Shown here: positions 44,867 to 58,462 of the stretch, one piece after another
Layout of the letters: each line of letters starts with the position of its first letter
Position numbering within the stretch: position 1 is the stretch's first letter
DNA from: Macrostomum lignano
Lineage: Eukaryota
Length of the DNA stretch: 64,000 nt
Reading direction: 5' to 3'
Assembly: GCA_002269645.1 (NCBI GenBank)
Contig: NIVC01003366.1
Coordinates: forward strand, 248 to 64,247
The notes under the pieces: model-generated
Database searches by the model: none
What the model was told of the DNA's origin: nothing
What the model saw: the letters and a program-made list of their open reading frames with translations, nothing else
Translations under genes and position numbers: made by a program

Positions 44867-47800
44867 GTTTGAGTTGCTAGCATACAAAATCGTCCTCACT
44901 TTGCAATGAAAATGGCTGGAAAAGGTCAATTATATACTTTAACATTCCACTGTAATTTTACCTCAAAATCAATAAAAATACCAACATCTCTACCCTACCA
45001 ATTACACTGCTAAGCATCTGGCTTAGCAGCCAGATGAATAATAATAAACTATTATTACTATAATAAACTATATAAACAACTTATAAACAACATTTAATTA
45101 CTTATACTAATAATTTCTTGCTAAATAATAAAAAATATTTTAACATTGCTTTGTCATTTATGCTCTTATCCATTTAAATATAATGAATGGAATGCTTGAG
45201 CAATAAAAAATATTTAATGCAATTTAACACTTAAACAAGTAGATTTATTAATACAATCTTGACCATGTGCATGTTAACTTTAGTTGTATTTTTTATCTTG
45301 TCACAACTAGAAAATAAAAAGGTTTTTCTTTGTTTTGTTTATGTTTTGAATAATTTAAACATTGAAAAAATGCATTCAGCTTGTTTTTTAAACAAGAAAA
45401 GCTACTTTTTATTGATGGCAACCACTTCCTAGTTTTTTGGGATTACAGTTATTTTGGTAAAAAGACATTTTGTTAACAATTGTTTTGGCAACAAGCAATA
45501 AAGTCATTTTAGAATTCCAATTATAAGATCTTTGGTAATAATCATTTTAGAAAAAAATATCAAAAGTGAAAACTTACTTTATTATCTTTTTAATTTAAAT
45601 GGAATTTTAGAAATAAATGAAATATAAAAATCAACAAAAATAACTATAAACTAATATTATAAAATGCCTATCACTAAAATGACTATTAACTAAATAATTC
45701 ATTTTTAGTATGTTTGTCATAAAAGCAACTTTATTACCTAAATGACTATTTGTTATTTATATTCATTTATTATACTAAGTGTACAGGTGCCAGTTGATTT
45801 GGTGACAAGTTGCTTCTATGATAGACACATTTCACCTTTGGTGAAAAATGGAAGATTTGGTGAGTTGGTCATTTTAGTGATAGGACTTCACTTCACATAA
45901 TATTAGTTTGTAATTATTTCTATATTGTATATATCTTAAAATTTCTATTGAAAAATGAGTTGCCCTATTTTGAAAAAAAAATTGAATTAACATATTGTTT
46001 CATTTTTTGCAGATTGTTTCCCATTTTTTCCCAGAATATTCAGACATTTAAACCTAGACTAAAGGCTCTATGTTTATGAGGATCCTTATGAAATGAGAAA
46101 AGCAATAAGTCTATGGAGGTTTGGAAGTTACAATAAATATAAAAGACTGCAACTGTATGAAGTCAATAAACAAAATCAAATAAATCAATACTTTACTATT
46201 TTATAACAATCTAAGCTTTTAGGCTTTATTTAACTTAAGATTGGCAGGATAATTTTATGCTAAAAACTATAACAGCTATCATCAAAAGGTCTTCTTCAAA
46301 AGTCAGGAAAATGACTTTTGCTTATTACTAGAACAATTGTCATTAAGACATTCTGTTACAAAAAATTTTTAATTTAAATGTACAATGTTAGTTTAGAAAG
46401 TCTAGCATATAGGCCAATATAAAAAATAAAAAAAATTTTAATATAGGCCTTAGCCCTATAGTCTAGAATACTTAGTGCATATGTAAACAAAAATTGAATA
46501 GTTACAAATGCATATAAAAAAAAATTAGTGCATGCCTACTCTAAAATCTATGCTAGGCCTAGTGTTGCAACAATAAATGACATTTTTGTATTGTGACAAT
46601 AAATACCTTTGTGTATTACATAAAGAATATTTTTTGGCAGATAATATGGTTGCTTTTTATCCTTACCTATACTAGGGGCCTATCTATAGTGGAAAATTTA
46701 TATGTATAAACTGAACAAACATTTGTTTAAATGCTATGTTACAAGCTTAAAAATTGGAATGATTAAAATTTATAACTTAGGGCCTATATAGAATAGGCCC
46801 TAGCCTATACTATACTTGACTAGACTAGGGCCTAAAGGTAAAGTAAAAAAAACTAACAAAATCATTGCGACTTTTTTAAGTTAAAGTTTTAAGCTTCTAG
46901 TTTTAGACTAGAATTGACATTTTTTATTATTTTAAACATTAAGCTTAATCAATGTTTTAATTACTCTGCTCTAGGCCTTATTACCTATTTATTACTTGGT
47001 CATTTTGTAGACTAGAAATGTTAATGGATAGACAAATAAATAGGCCCAATTCTTAAATAAAGTCAACATAACCATAAGGATAATGTAGGGCCTATATAAA
47101 AGCATATATTAATATTTGTCAGACTTAAAGAAGTGCCAGGCCAATAAAAGCACACCAAGACCATTAAAATATTGCCTTTTCTTACTATTCTGTTTGTTGT
47201 CTAAAGCAAAAAAGCATAGGGCCCAGGCCTACTGTGACTCGCCTTTGACTGGCTGTGACCTGTGAGTAGGCCCTACTATACTAGGCCTACTTATGCGATA
47301 CTCCTTCGTCCTTAATAGGTTTTAGTCACAAGCAAACTAGGGCTGGGTTCGTCCAGAGCTAGGTCTACTAAAAGCTCTAGGGCAATAACTAGGCCTACTA
47401 ACATGACAAAAGTTGAGAATAGGCTATCTAGGCCTAGGAGGAAGGTTACAGGTTACTCTCGACGCATTAAATAAATAAATATACAACAAAATCTACGAAC
47501 ACAACGAAGCCTTTACTATATATATTTTCCACTATGTAGACTAAACTACTTGTCTGCATCGTACGTAATGACATGCATTTGACTGTAAAGATGTAGGCCC
47601 TATAGTATTATTATAAGAGGAACAATTCGGCTTGTCGCTGTACAGTCACGTGCATATATTTAACTAATTTTAAAAAAGTCTTAAACTAAAACAAAATAGA
47701 CGTCAAAGTCAGCTTTTTTATTAAATATAAAATATGATAATCAAATTTTTTTAGTTATAAAACAAGTATTCATATGCATTTCTTGTACATCATGCTATCC

Positions 47801-49529
47801 ATGGTAACAGCTAGCTTCCCCCCTTATTTACTTTAGGATTTGGATAAATGTAAGAAGCAAGAAGCAATAACGAATGTAGGCAATTAATGCAGCTATTAAT
47901 AAATAGTATAATATCAATAACAATATGTTATTACATAATACATGCAGTTTCATCGTCTAAATTTTGAAATGTTTACATATATGGCGTATTTTAAGGCTCG
48001 TATAGACAATTATTGTTACGTGAAGGTGCAGGTGATCAGGTGATGGTTCTGCACTGGCCCACAAACACGTGAAAGTTTGAAATCCCTAGACTAATATAGA
48101 CTCAAAAGAATGTGAATTAATTTATTGTAATTGTAAAGTGAGTCTATTTCACATACTAGAAAATTTGGATTTTTATTAGGTTTCTTCATTTCTACGAGCG
48201 TACATGTAGATCTCTGTCATGCTTCCGGAAGTTCTCTGTTTACTGTACCGCTCGACGCTCGAAGCTAGTTTAGCTAAGCACAAGCACAGTAGGTACTACG
48301 TGCTGTAGATCATTATATGAGCGTCTATATCGTATTTGTGCTGCATGCAAATACATATATGCATGTAAGTATTCAATTCCTTCTCTCTAGTCCCATAATT
48401 TTTACATGTATCTTCAATCGCTAGTAGGCGACAAAAATAAATTTATACACGTACACGTGATGGCCGTTCCAGCAGGATGATTGATAGAAAAATTATTTGA
48501 TACTGTTACGTAGAGAGAGGGACTGCACACTGTTTTTTTCAGATCAGAGTATAAGGCGTAATTGGCTATAGCAAAAGTACATATGTTACACATGTATTTT
48601 GCGCCTTCCAGTGTTGGCGCCCTCGCGGAGCCCCCTGTTGTTGGCGCCCCAGTGCTGACGCCCCCGGTGCTGGCGCCCCTGAGTGAGAAACAAATCAAAC
48701 TGATCAAATTTTATCTCTATAACCGATAGGCCAAGCCTAAGGTATATTCATGACGTAAAAAAAGTCTAACAGGCAATTCAAACGACCAGCGCTGTCTTGT
48801 GAATACATATGTACGAATAATGCATGCACACTATTATATACTAGCTTTACTCATATATGTAGGCAAACAAAATAGACGCGACAGACCGCTTGTCGAAGAC
48901 AGCTGCATCTTGAGTAGTTCACGGGGTGAAGAGGGAGTGAGAGTGAGATGGGGATCTGTTTGAGAGGCAAACGCGCAAATTAAGGCTCCAGCAGGCGCTA
49001 CCGCTGGAGGGAATTGCAGTGGATTTAAATTTTCTTGGTCTCGGCCTACAAAACTTGTTCGTGAATTCTTTCTCCCAATTTTCCCATCGGATGCTTGCAG
49101 CCTGTGGGGATCCGGAATTCCCTGCCGTGTTTGCACACTTTTTCATTCCACGCCTCAGAGCTGCCGTCTGCGCGCGCTGACTTCCAGTCCTGATGGGTGG
49201 CACTTTGCTTAATCCAATCAGAGTCTTCGAAGGCGCGTTCTCGTTACACGGGACATCCGGGCCTTTCGAGTTCATCGATGCATGCAAATCGATTATTGGA
49301 GAGTAATTACTCGAGGGTGGCGAAGGGCAATTGCTCCGTAGGGAAATTTCTGCGAAGAAAATTGACTTCTTTTGAGCTTTTGGCAATTTCAACCAATGTT
49401 ACTGGAACAATGTTCCTTAATGCGTGTAAATTTGTTGCATTTTCTACTAAAATTTACGTGTAGTGCGTTCTTTTTCAAAGTATTTTTTGTTATTTTGCTT
49501 GATTTTGGCTGCTGCAGGCTCTTAGTACA

Positions 49530-51725
49530 AAACCCCAATCTTCACACAATCTCCACTCTTCACACAATCCCCAATCTTCACACAATCCCCAATCTTCACA
49601 CAATCTCCATTCTTCACACAATCCCCAATCTTCACACAATCTCCATTCTTCACACAATCCCCAATATTCACACAATCCCTAATCTTAACACAATCCCTAA
49701 TCCTCACACAATCCCTAATCCTCACACAATTCCTATTCCACACTCAATCCCTAATCTTCACACAATCCCTATTCTTCACACAATCCCTAATCCTCATACA
49801 ATCCCCACTCTTCCCACAATCCCTAATCTTCCCACAATCCCTAATCTTCACACAATCCCTAATCCTCATACAATCCCCACTCTTCACACAATCCCTAATC
49901 TTCACACAATCCCTAATCCTCATACAATCCCCACTCTTCACAAAATCCCTAATCTTCACACAATCCCTAATCCTCATACAATCCCCACTCTTCACACAAT
50001 CCCTAATCTTCACACAATCCCTAATCTTCACACAATCCCTAATCCTCATACAATCCCCACTCTTCACACAATCCCTAATCTTCACACAATCCCTAATCCT
50101 CATACAATCCCTAATCCTCATACAATCCCCACTCTTCACACAATCCCTAATCTTCACACAATCCCTAATCTTCACACAATCCCTAATCCTCATACAATCC
50201 CCACTCTTCACACAATCCCTAATCTTCACACAATCCCTAATCCTCATACAATCCCTAATCCTCATATAATCCCCACTCTTCACACAATCCCTAATCTTCA
50301 CACAATCCCTAATCCTCATACAATCCCCACTCTTCACACAATCCCTAATCTTCACACAATCCCTAATCCTCATACAATCCCTAATCCTCATACAATCCCC
50401 ACTCTTCACACAATCCCTAATCTTCACACAATCCCTAATCTTCACACAATCCCTAATCTTCACGCAATCCCTAATCCTCATACAATCCCCACTCTTCACA
50501 CAATCCCTAATCTTCACACAATCCCTAATCCTCATACAATCCCTAATCCTCATACAATCCCCACTCTTCACACAATCCCTAATCTTCACACAATCCCTAA
50601 TCCTCATACAATCCCTAATCCTCATACAATCCCCACTCTTCACACAATCCCTAATCTTCACACAATCCCTAATCTTCACACAATCCCTAATCCTCATACA
50701 ATCCCCACTCTTCACACAATCCCTAATCTTCACTCAATCCCTAATCCTCATACAATCCCTAATCCTCATACAATCCCCACTCTTCACACAATCCCTAATC
50801 TTCACACAATCCCTAATCCTCATACAATCCCCACTCTTCACACAATCCCTAATCTTCACACAATCCCTAATCCTCATACAATCCCTAATCCTCATACAAT
50901 CCCCACTCTTCACACAATCCCTAATCTTCACACAATCCCTAATCTTCACACAATCCCTAATCCTCATACAATCCCCACTCTTCACACAATCCCTAATCTT
51001 CACACAATCCCTAATCCTCATACAATCCCCACTCTTCACACAATCCCTAATCTTCACACAATCCCTAATCCTCATACAATCCCTAATCCTCATACAATCC
51101 CCACTCTTCACACAATCCCTAATCTTCACACAATCCCTAATCTTCACACAATCCCTAATCCTCATACAATCCCCACTCTTCACACAATCCCTAATCTTCA
51201 CACAATCCCTAATCCTCATACAATCCCCACTCTTCACACAATCCCTAATCTTCACACAATCCCTAATCCTCATACAATCCCCACTCTTCACACAATCCCT
51301 AATCTTCACACAATCCCTAATCCTCATACAATCCCTAATCCTCATACAATCCCCACTCTTCACACAATCCCTAATCTTCACACAATCCCTAATCTTCACA
51401 CAATCCCTAATCCTCATACAATCCCCACTCTTCACACAATCCCTAATCTTCACACAATCCCTAATCCTCATACAATCCCCACTCTTCACACAATCCCTAA
51501 TCTTCACACAATCCCGAATCCTCATACAATCCCTAATCCTCATACAATCCCCACTCTTCACACAATCCCTAATCTTCACACAATCCCTAATCTTCACACA
51601 ATCCCTAATCCTCATACAATCCCCACTCTTCACACAATCCCTAATCTTCACACAATCCCTAATCCTCATACAATCCCCACTCTTCACACAATCCCTAATC
51701 TTCACACAATCCCTAATCCTTATAC
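49530..51725 (+). repeat. 18-bp minisatellite aatcttcacacaatccct / actctt / aatcctcat variants
   Basis: Tandem copies; source of the 806-aa TIPNLH ORF. Confidence 0.96.
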
Positions 51726-52062
51726 AATTTCTCATACAGTGTTGGAAGTGGCCAAAAGTCAGAAAAATGTTCGAATTTTCAACAAATTCTAACATTGCGC
51801 AACTGCACTGCACTATCAATTTACATGTATTTAGTAAATATCTCTGAAATGAAATGAATGAAAATTGCCTGGGCAAGACCAGTAATTTTCTGGATCTCTT
51901 GGCTGCCTCCTTCAGTTCCTCTTGGCGCTGACTCTTTATTCTTTTATCTGACGCCATTTTAGTGCTTTTGGTTGCAGCGCCAGAAGCGGTTTAAGTCTTG
52001 GGATTGCGGCGGACTCGGAATTTCGATCAGAGATGCCAAAGTAAAAGGGCTGAATACTAAAA

Positions 52063-53144
52063 CAGGGGTTGGCAAACTCCGGCCTGAGGGCCAAATGTGC
52101 CCCGCAAAGCCTCTCTATCCGGCCCTTGGGTCCTTTAAATCTTCACAATAGCAATCCGGCCCGCTCGATGTTTGTGTCTCTTCTCAGCTCTCTCTTCTCA
52201 TAGTCTCCTCTAATCTCCTCTCCGCTCCTCTCCTCACCTCTCATCTTCTCACCTCTGTCCTCTCCTCTCATCTCCACACCTATCTCCTCTCCTCATCTCT
52301 CTCCTCTCCTCTTATCTCCTCACCTCTCTCCTCTCCTCTCATCTCCTCAACTCTCTCCTCTAATTTCTTATCCTCTCCTCTCATCTCCTCACCTCTGTCC
52401 TCTCCTCTCATCTCCACACCTATCTCCTCTCCTCACCTCTCTCCTCACCTCTCATCTCCTCACCTATCTCCTCTCCTCATCTCTCTCCTCTCCTCTTATC
52501 TCCTCACCTCTCTCCTCTCCTCTCATCTCCTCAACTCTCTCCTCTAATTTCTTATCCTCTCCTCTCATCTCCTCAACTCTGTCCTCTCCTCTCATCTCTT
52601 TACCTATCTCCTCTCCTCTCTTCTTTCCTCTCATTTCCTCACCTCTCTCCTCTCCTCTCCTCTCCTCTCTCCTCGCCTCTCATCTCCTCAACTCTATCCT
52701 CACCTCTCATCTCCTCACCTCTATCCTCTCCCCTCATCTCTTTACCTATCTCCTCTCCTCTCATCTCCTCTCCTTTCCTATCCTATCCTCTCATCTCCGT
52801 TTTCTCTCCATTCTCTTCTCCCTTCCCTCCTCTCTCCTCTTCTTATCTCCTGTCTCATTAATTTCGACTCTCCACTCCTCATTCATCTCCCCTCTCCTCT
52901 CTCTTCTCCTATGTTATCTCTCTTCTTGTCTACTCTCTTCTCCTTTATTCCTTCGCCTCTCCATTCTCCTGCGCTCGTATTTCTGTTCTCCATTCCCCAT
53001 CCTCTCTCCCTATAGCCCGCAGTCATCAGGGATTCCTGGGCGCGCATTTCGCTTAGGGGGCCCAGCGAAGCGGACCGATGCAGAAGGGCAGTCAGGCTGT
53101 TCTCAATCTTCTGGCCCTTGAGGTAAAAAGTTTGCTGACCCCTG
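52063..53144. mobile_element. hAT-type MITE filled with CT-rich low-complexity sequence
   Basis: TIRs caggggttggcaaact / agtttgctgacccctg; 8-bp flanks tactaaaa / cactaaaa (7/8 match); subterminal ggcc(c/t) motifs. Confidence 0.8.
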
Positions 53145-53384
53145 CACTAAAAGCACTAGGCTTCGGCACATTAGATAAAAACTGTAGTGGAATGGGATCG
53201 AGAACAACATGAACTTTTACATCAGCTGGTACCCAAAGCTTCCAAGACTCAGAAAAGCCAAAGCCGAAAATCGGCGGACACTTGCTTGAAATTCAAAAAG
53301 GGCACTTGCAGGATCATGCTAAAAAGTGGTGGGGGGGCTCTAGCCCCCCCCGTGCACCCCCCGCCCAGGTTCCGACACCCCTGC

Positions 53385-53800
53385 TTCACACAATCCCTAA
53401 TCCTCATACAATCCCCACTCTTCACACAATCCCTAATCCTCATACAATCCCCACTCTTCACACAATCCCTAATCCTCATACAATCCCCACTCTTCACACA
53501 ATCCCTAATCCTCATACAATCCCCACTCTTCACGCAATCCCTAATCCTCATACAATCCCCACTCTTCACACAATTCCCAAATATTCACACAATTCACAAT
53601 CTTCACACAATCCTAGTCTTCACACAATCCTAGTCTTCACACAATTCCCAATCTTCACATAATTCCCAATCTTCACACAATCCCCAATCTTCACATAATT
53701 CCCAATCTTCACACAATCCCCAATCTTCACATAATTCCCAATCTTCACACAATCCCCAATCTTCACATAATTCCCAATCTTCACACAATCCCCACTCTTC
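53385..53800 (+). repeat. Second block of the same 18-bp minisatellite
   Basis: Same unit family as 49530-51725. Confidence 0.92.
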
Positions 53801-54234
53801 ACCTCGTGACGTCATGAGTAAAGCGGTTTTGAATCGCAATGTCCAAATTCTTTTGAAGTCCGTACAGTCTGAGAATGCAATGCAATGAAGAAGTGCGGAT
53901 GCAGTGTATATTGTTAGTATGAGCGTAAATATCAAATATTAATAATTTAAAATGAAGGAACTCAATGCTTCTCCGATCCGACAGTTAGTAACGCACCAAG
54001 ATTAATTACAGTACTCTTGAAATAACCGCTTTCCTGATTACTTGCTTCTTGTTTATAAACGAATAATATATTGTAACAATAGCATCTGATCGCTTAACTT
54101 TATAAATACAATAAGCCCGCAGTTTCCTAATGACCTGATTGCTTCTTACGGTTGCTATGAGCGCAGTGAGCACATGTAGATTTGAATGGGCAATTTTTTT
54201 GTGCAAAATACAACATTTTTCACCACTTTAGCTT

Positions 54235-55330
54235 TAGCGCCATCACCTCAGATTCTTTAGTTTTAGCGCCATCACCTCAGATCCTTCCGCTTTGGCGCCA
54301 TCACCTCAGATCCTTCCGCTTTGGCGCCATCACCTCAGATCCTTCCGTTTTGGCAATTTTGGTGCCATCAGCTCAGATCCTTCAGCTTTGGCGCCATCAG
54401 CTCAGATTCTTCAGCTTGGGTGCCATCGCCTCAGATGCTTCAGTTTTGGCGCCATCAGCTCAGATCCTTCAGTTTTGGTTCCATCAGCCCAGATCCTTCA
54501 GTTTTGGCGCCATTGCCTCAGATCCTTCAGTTTTGGCGCCATCACCTCAGTTCTTCAGTTTTGGTGCCATCACCTCAGATCCTTCAGTTTTGGCGCCATC
54601 GCCTCAGATCCTTCAGTTTTGGCGCCATTGCCTCAGTTCTTCAGTTTTGGTGCCATCGCCTCAGATCCTTCAGTTTTGGTGCCATCGCCTCAGATCCTTC
54701 AGTTTTGGCGCCATTGCCTCAGTTCTTCAGTTTTGGTGCCATAGCCTCAGATCCTTCAGTTTTGGCGCCATTGCCTCAGATCCTTCAGTTTTGGTGCCAT
54801 CGCCTCAGATCCTTAAGTTTAGGCGCCATTGCCTCAGATCCTTCAGTTTTGGCGCCATTGCCTCAGATCCTTCAGTTTTGGCGCCATTGCCTCAGATCCT
54901 TCAGTTTTGGCGCCATTGCCTCAGATCCTTCAGTTTTGGCGCCATTGCCTCAGATCCTTCAGTTTTGGCGCCATTGCCTCAGATCCTTCAGTTTTGGCGC
55001 CATTGCCTCAGATCCTTCAGTTTTGGTGCCATTGCCTCAGATCCTTCAGTTTAGGCGCCATTGCCTCAGATCCTTCAGTTTTGGTGCCATCACCTCAGTT
55101 CTTCAGTTTTGGTTCCATCAGCCCAGATCTTTCAGTTTTGGCGCCATCACCTCAGTTCTTCAGTTTTGGTGCCATCACCTCAGATCCTTCAGTTTTGGCG
55201 CCATTGCCTCAGATCCTTCAGTTTTGGTGCCATCACCTCAGATCCTTCAGTTTTGGCGCCATCACCTCAGATCCTTCAGTTTTGGCGCCATCACCTCAGA
55301 TCCTTTAGTTTAGGCGCTATCACCTCAGAT
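54235..55330 (+). repeat. 29-bp minisatellite gccatcacctcagatccttcagttttggc
   Basis: Tandem copies just 3' of the DEG/ENaC stop. Confidence 0.94.
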
Positions 55331-55409
55331 GTCCGGAGCTGGAGCCAACACCTCTCGGTTGCTTCAGCTACAATGGACACCCAGTGCCAGCCACCGTCAC
55401 AAGAAGCAG

Positions 55410-56210
55410 TCAATTCTCGGGCAGTCGTCTTGAGGTGCACATTACAACAATATTGTACAGCAGTTCGATCACTTCTACAATGCAGACAAAAGTCAAGCCA
55501 ACCCAGATTGACAGCAGGCCGCCGATCTGACTCAGCAGCGAGGTGAGCGAGATCACCGCTTTCTCTTCGATTCTTTCAATATCGAAATTCGATTTGCCTC
55601 GATTGATTAAAATCTCGATGAAGTTGTTCTGCACATAGTCAATCTCCCGCAGCATCCTGTTGGCTTCAGTCTGGTTGGTCTGAGCCATTCGGTAGACTGG
55701 CTCATACAACCGCTTCAGATCCTGATAGATTGGCTCCAGGTACGACGCTGAGCTCCTACGCACCTGTCGACTTTCGATTCGAGATTTAATTGCTGCGAAA
55801 TCGTTGACAAATTCGTACAGGTAGGCCTTGGTCGGCCAGTTTGTAGTGCTGATTGTCGTGTCGTAGCTGTAGAATGTGCACGGCGTGAAGCACTTGTCGA
55901 TGGTGACCTCGTCGGCTTTGATGAATACCTCCATGTTGCAGGTGACTCGACTTAGGAAGGCTTTGAACTCCGCGTCGCTGATGAAGCTGGGCAGCTGGAT
56001 GCTGTCGGTCTGGACGCCGTAGAACTTGGCGAGCCTGTGCCGAGTTTCACTGGTGAGCGAGTTGGACAGCACGGTGGCGTTCTTCACCAAGGAGAACTGC
56101 GGGTCCGGGATGCGACCGCAGTAGTCGGCTTTGCTGTGCTGCAGCGAGTCGGGCAAGGGGATCGTGCTGTCCAGGCAGCCGCACTGCCTGTGGATTTGCT
56201 CGTGAAGAAG
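55410..56210 (-). CDS. DEG/ENaC subunit, last exon (Cys-rich thumb, TM2)
   Basis: ttgcag|CTT phase-0 acceptor; QCGC, CFTPC, YDTTIS, SLTSLLSQIGGLLSIWVGLTFVCIVEVIEL; TGA at 55412-55410. Confidence 0.9.
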   Translation of the reverse strand, partial: LLHEQIHRQCGCLDSTIPLPDSLQHSKADYCGRIPDPQFSLVKNATVLSNSLTSETRHRLAKFYGVQTDSIQLPSFISDAEFKAFLSRVTCNMEVFIKADEVTIDKCFTPCTFYSYDTTISTTNWPTKAYLYEFVNDFAAIKSRIESRQVRRSSASYLEPIYQDLKRLYEPVYRMAQTNQTEANRMLREIDYVQNNFIEILINRGKSNFDIERIEEKAVISLTSLLSQIGGLLSIWVGLTFVCIVEVIELLYNIVVMCTSRRLPEN

Positions 56211-56615
56211 CTGCAAGGCCAGTCAAAGTGGTAAAAATCGACATGATGGCTGCACCCGTACATTAACGTTGTGAATTGAATTGTGTAGCAAACCTTAAAA
56301 ATGTAGTTTGTCACAGGGACCTTTGAGCATTAATCAAGTCGGCCCTGAGAATGCACACGCACACGGAATTTCACATGGATATGTCGTAAGGCGTGTCCTT
56401 TGGGACCTCTTGAGAGAACCTCTTTGCGTGCAGAGACGGCTCTCACAAATGATATTTTTTGAGCAATTTGCATTTTCACTCCTGAGATTCAATCCTTAAG
56501 GAGCGTAAAGTTAGGATTGTGATATAGCACACAATTCTCTATCATCCTAAAACGATTGCGCAACACTACTTGAACACACCCCACTCCTAGGCTGCACTCC
56601 TTGCAAGAACTCCTG

Positions 56616-57564
56616 GGGCCCGTGCTATAGATTTAAGAGCAAAGAGTAAGGAGTTAGGAGTCAGGAGTGCTCCTAGCAAGGAGCGAATCGATTTTGTGTG
56701 CTATAGAGTTCAAGAATCAGAGTTAGGAGCTAGGAGTTGTTTTAAGGAGTGCAGCATAGGAGTGAGGAGGAGTCTAAGGAGCGTAAGGCAATTGGCTAAG
56801 GAGTCTGCCAATCTGCGTGCTATATTAAACTCCTAAATGTACGCACCTTAAGGAGTAATTATAGGAGCAATTCGTGAATTCAAACAATGCAAGCAAACCA
56901 AAAAGTTTGTTTAAGCGATTGCGGCTCGAAAAGACGTACTTTTCGGTGCTTTTTCGCCAACAATAACAAAAGCACTCAAGATTGAAATGTGGAGAGAGGT
57001 CATCCTTGAATGTCGCCAAGAGTTTGGTTTCGACCCGACTCCTCCAAACAAAGATTGGAAATATGTCCGAGATAAAGTTTGGGACAACATGATATTATAT
57101 TCTTCTATTATATTCTTCAAAAAAGTTAATCCTCTGCTTAAATTGTCTGGGTCGTCGATCATTAGCTCCCTCATCGTCCGAGCCTAGCTCACTGTCCGAA
57201 AACATGAAAAAAGAAACGAATCACACGATCCTACTATAACCTAAGAGTGAAGTTTGGCCCTTGAAGTCTTAACTAGGAGTTAGGAGCTAGAAATGAGTTT
57301 CGCTCCTTCTATAGGACACGCACTCCTAAAACTCACTCCTAAACGGCAATTCCTAGCTCCTACGCTCCGCTCCTTATTCTATAGCACGCTACAAACCTTA
57401 ATGAGGTCTCCTAAATTCACCAAGGAGTATCCTAACGTCCTTAAGGAGCCTCCTAGCTCTTAAAATTTACTCTTGATTCTATAGCACAGAAAAGCCAGCT
57501 AGGAGCTAGGAGTTAGGACACTCTTAAGGATTTAGGAGTTAAGAGTATTCTATAGCACGGGCCC
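56616..57564 (+). mobile_element. PIF/Harbinger-like non-autonomous element with a Myb/SANT-like fragment, in the DEG/ENaC intron
   Basis: Perfect 16-bp TIRs gggcccgtgctataga / tctatagcacgggccc with CTG on both sides; internal frame *AIAARKDVLFGAFSPTITKALKIEMWREV...WKYVRDKVWDNM. Confidence 0.75.
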
Positions 57565-58462
57565 CTGGCTCCTAACTCTTAACTCCTGAAATCTATAGCA
57601 CACAAAAGTCAATCACTCCTTGTCAAGAGTACTCTTGAGTCCTAGCTCCTAACTCCTGATTCTATAGCACGGGCCCCAGAATTTCCGTCAGCGTTGGTTG
57701 TTAGACAGCTACTAGCAAAACAGCAATTGAGTGACGAACCGCACATCGACTCGACCCAGAGCTCAAGCAGTCATCTAGCCCCCAGAAAAAGATAGGATAA
57801 CCTACATTTAGTGAAAATACTATTGCAATTAAAGTGCTCGCCAAGCCCGCCAAGAGACTTTGGGTAGTGCCGGAAAAAAGAAAGACTTTTTTATTAGCTG
57901 CTTGGCATGACTTGACTTAGATTGGATTTTCACTATATTACTAACTCATATTATTTTTATACGGCTACTGCCTGCTGCCTTCGCCCACTATATGATTCCC
58001 TCTCGAATGAAAAGTTTCACTTGCCCGGGCAACATACGGAATTCTGCAAAGAGATCGTCTCGAGAGTCTTGCCGCATGTTTTCAAGAGAAGAGAAGAGAG
58101 TGGATTCGGAGAGTTGGAGAGTACGAGCTAAGAGTTGAAATGCTGCGCGCTACTCAACGGCCGGGGGTCACGGCGATAACCGACTTGCTAATTCAATTTT
58201 TTTATTTTACAGAAAATCTGAGCATTCCAGATATTGAGCAGCACAACCGTTGGCCTTGGTTGCGCGTGCTGCTAAGGAGAGATATGGAAATTTGAGGTAT
58301 GACCATATTGGCCTGTATTGACTTAGCTCTAGTGAAGTACGAATAATACCCCATTTTCAAAGCACGAATTCTTTTATAGCCACAAATGTCCAGTCTAGAA
58401 AGAGAGCATGTGATGCTGAACCTTGTTGAGTATCTGCTTGTGAGTTCGTTAATCGGGGCGTT

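Noticed and set aside
49372-51792. 806-aa ORF (TIPNLH repeats) and its antisense ORFs
   Set aside because: Translation of an 18-bp minisatellite whose unit is a multiple of 3 with no stop; no start context, splice signals or domain.
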